From the NCBI GenBank assembly GCA_903851045.1, contig CAINNF010000007.1, forward strand, positions 11,289-75,288: a DNA stretch of 64,000 nt, written 5' to 3'. Origin of the DNA: Candidatus Adlerbacteria bacterium. Lineage in GTDB: Bacteria > Patescibacteriota > Minisyncoccia > Phycocordibacterales > SBAW01. This document shows, one piece after another, positions 63,831 to 64,000 of the stretch. Below the pieces are notes generated by a model, which worked only from the letters and a program-made list of their open reading frames with translations, was not told the origin of the DNA and ran no database searches. The position numbers and the translations under genes are program-made. Within the stretch, counting starts at the first letter, position 1, and every line of letters starts with the position of its first letter.

Positions 63831-64000
63831 AGCCCGCCCGAATTTCGCCAAAACAAAAAGAGGAGCAAGCGGAGGATTCCTCCCCAGACCCCTCCTCCTC
63901 CGCTTGCGACATCCGAATTCAGAAAAAATGAATCAGCCGAAGTTTTGCGGAATCCTTTCCCCAGAAAATTGTTTCCGCAAAACTTCGTCCGCATTGTTTC
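63831..64000. repeat. Right copy of the long inverted repeat (reaches the window end and may be longer)
   Basis: Reverse complement of 61707-61876 with about 5 differences; same two internal hairpins. Confidence 0.85.

Noticed and set aside
1-64000. CRISPR arrays, rRNA genes, transposase or IS elements
   Set aside because: No short regularly spaced direct repeats, no rRNA-like sequence, and no DDE or IS-type transposase ORF seen. The only recombinase is the serine integrase at 37923-39524.

Overview
This 64 kb window looks like chromosomal DNA from a small-genome bacterium. The gene content suggests Candidate Phyla Radiation (Patescibacteria / Saccharibacteria-like), but this is inferred from gene content only.

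The window covers the replication-origin neighbourhood: rpmH, rnpA, yidC and jag on the minus strand, then dnaA, an AT-rich stretch with DnaA-box-like 9-mers, and dnaN.

Upstream of the origin lies a long same-strand cluster of membrane and surface proteins (4197-18768). It includes a VirB3/PrgI-like protein, a VirB4 ATPase split into two ORFs, a VirB6/TrbL-like polytopic protein with a roughly 800-aa C-terminal extension, a 975-aa surface protein with a perfect in-frame tandem duplication, and several secreted or membrane proteins. Together these look like a type IV secretion-like apparatus. No relaxase is present in the window.

Housekeeping genes I could recognise:
- UvrD/PcrA helicase, KsgA, class A PBP, TyrRS, RuvC, YebC, RuvB, RuvA
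- PilB ATPase, TsaE, DNA polymerase I, a HolA-like protein, MurE, SpoU/TrmH, ribosomal protein S20
- a LexA box with a lexA-dinB operon, a GNAT acetyltransferase, a SWIB-domain protein, prephenate dehydratase
- tRNA-Lys(TTT) and two tRNA-Arg genes

Accessory content:
- An AT-rich element of about 7 kb sits next to tRNA-Lys. Its large serine recombinase ORF overlaps the tRNA 3' half on the opposite strand.
- A family of about 55-bp palindromic repeats has three copies. One copy is inserted in-frame inside polA.
- A TrmB regulator plus radical SAM islet is bracketed by two nearly identical tRNA-Arg genes.
- A soluble VirD4/TraG-family ATPase sits about 33 kb from the VirB4 cluster.
- At the right edge, a TIR-like domain protein is followed by an AT-rich four-gene cassette (XRE, HNH endonuclease, PII-like protein, hypothetical). 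The cassette is flanked by near-perfect inverted repeats of about 170 bp, each carrying two strong hairpins, and the right repeat runs off the window end.

I saw no CRISPR array and no rRNA.
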